From: Novakomyces olei
Taxonomy: Eukaryota
NCBI GenBank assembly: GCA_016906335.1
Contig: JADEYG010000015.1
Span: forward strand, 806,001-870,000
Direction: 5' to 3'
Length of the DNA: 64,000 bases
The notes beneath the pieces were generated by a model, which was not told the DNA's origin, ran no database searches, and saw only the letters and a program-made list of their open reading frames with translations. The position numbers and the translations under genes were made by a program. Shown here one piece after another: positions 63,501-64,000 of this stretch. The stretch's first letter is position 1, and each line of letters begins with the position of its first letter.

Positions 63501-64000
63501 CTTTCTCTCGACTTGAGAGCGAGTGCAGAGCTATCGGTGTGCCATTCCAGGCTTTAGGTCAACTGGCGTGGGCTAAAGTGTTGGGCGCTTACAATGGAGA
63601 GAAGCACGTCACTTTTGGAGACGGTAAGTTGGTACCTTGTAATTGAATTTCACTTCCAATTCCATATATTTCACCGTCGATTGCTAACAATGCTAGTCCT
63701 GTCTGGCCGTCTGGGAATGTCTGGTGTAGAAAATACTCCAGTAATATGTCTAACGACGGTTCCGATAACTGTGACTTTGGAGGGAAAAGTCGGGAGTATC
63801 CTGCAAAGGATAGCTGCATTTGAAACAAGAGTTAGTGACAGGCAGCACACTCCTCTTCAAAAAATCTCTGCCTGGACGGGCGCCGGATCTGAGCCCTTGT
63901 TTGAGTCTGTGTTTGTATACCAAAGAATCGCGCGAGAGACCTCGATTGCTTACAAGCCTTTTGCCGACGATGCGACTGCAGCGGTATGGCTCTAATTATT
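54507..64000 (+). CDS. sib1: Ferrichrome-type siderophore NRPS (Sib1/SidC-like), 3' end runs off the window
   Basis: Three A-T-C modules. A: YVLFTSGSTGIPKGV, YIIFTSGTTGTPKG, YIFHTSGSTGTPKAV. T: GVDSISA, GLDSIKA, GLDSISA. C: HHAVYDGWS, HHALYDGWA, LHAIFDAWS. Introns 57243-57322, 57999-58125, 58686-58768, 63624-63696 and one starting at about 63984; GATA boxes upstream. Confidence 0.88.

Overview
This is compact, intron-containing fungal nuclear DNA. It is most consistent with a Taphrinomycotina-like (fission-yeast-related) ascomycete; that is an inference from protein similarity and from tiny introns with the branch site next to the AG. I could support 25 protein-coding genes, one tRNA-Ser(AGA) and one decayed prolyl oligopeptidase pseudogene. 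Most genes are housekeeping: SF3B1 end, PWWP protein, Bor1, Utp15, Ssb3, Psf1, cornichon, Bzz1, Tim9, RhoGAP, USP, HMGA-like, B12D, Mob1, PSP1, DCTN3-like, EAF, Tfb4, PRKRIP1, SET, Ime2-like kinase, MFS and Sah1. Several small split genes are missing or only fragmentary in the ORF track and were rebuilt by hand from splice sites. Highlights: (1) an apparent trifunctional PabA-PabB-PabC (Abz1-Abz2) fusion that would make PABA from chorismate in one polypeptide; (2) directly downstream, a ferrichrome-type NRPS with four ATCWGATAA iron-repressor boxes in its promoter; (3) a multiply lesioned S9A prolyl oligopeptidase lacking its catalytic Ser; (4) a bidirectional MCB promoter between ssb3 and psf1; (5) an unexplained direct-repeat-flanked segment at 40.9-42.3 kb. 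All family calls come from reading motifs by eye; no database search was run.
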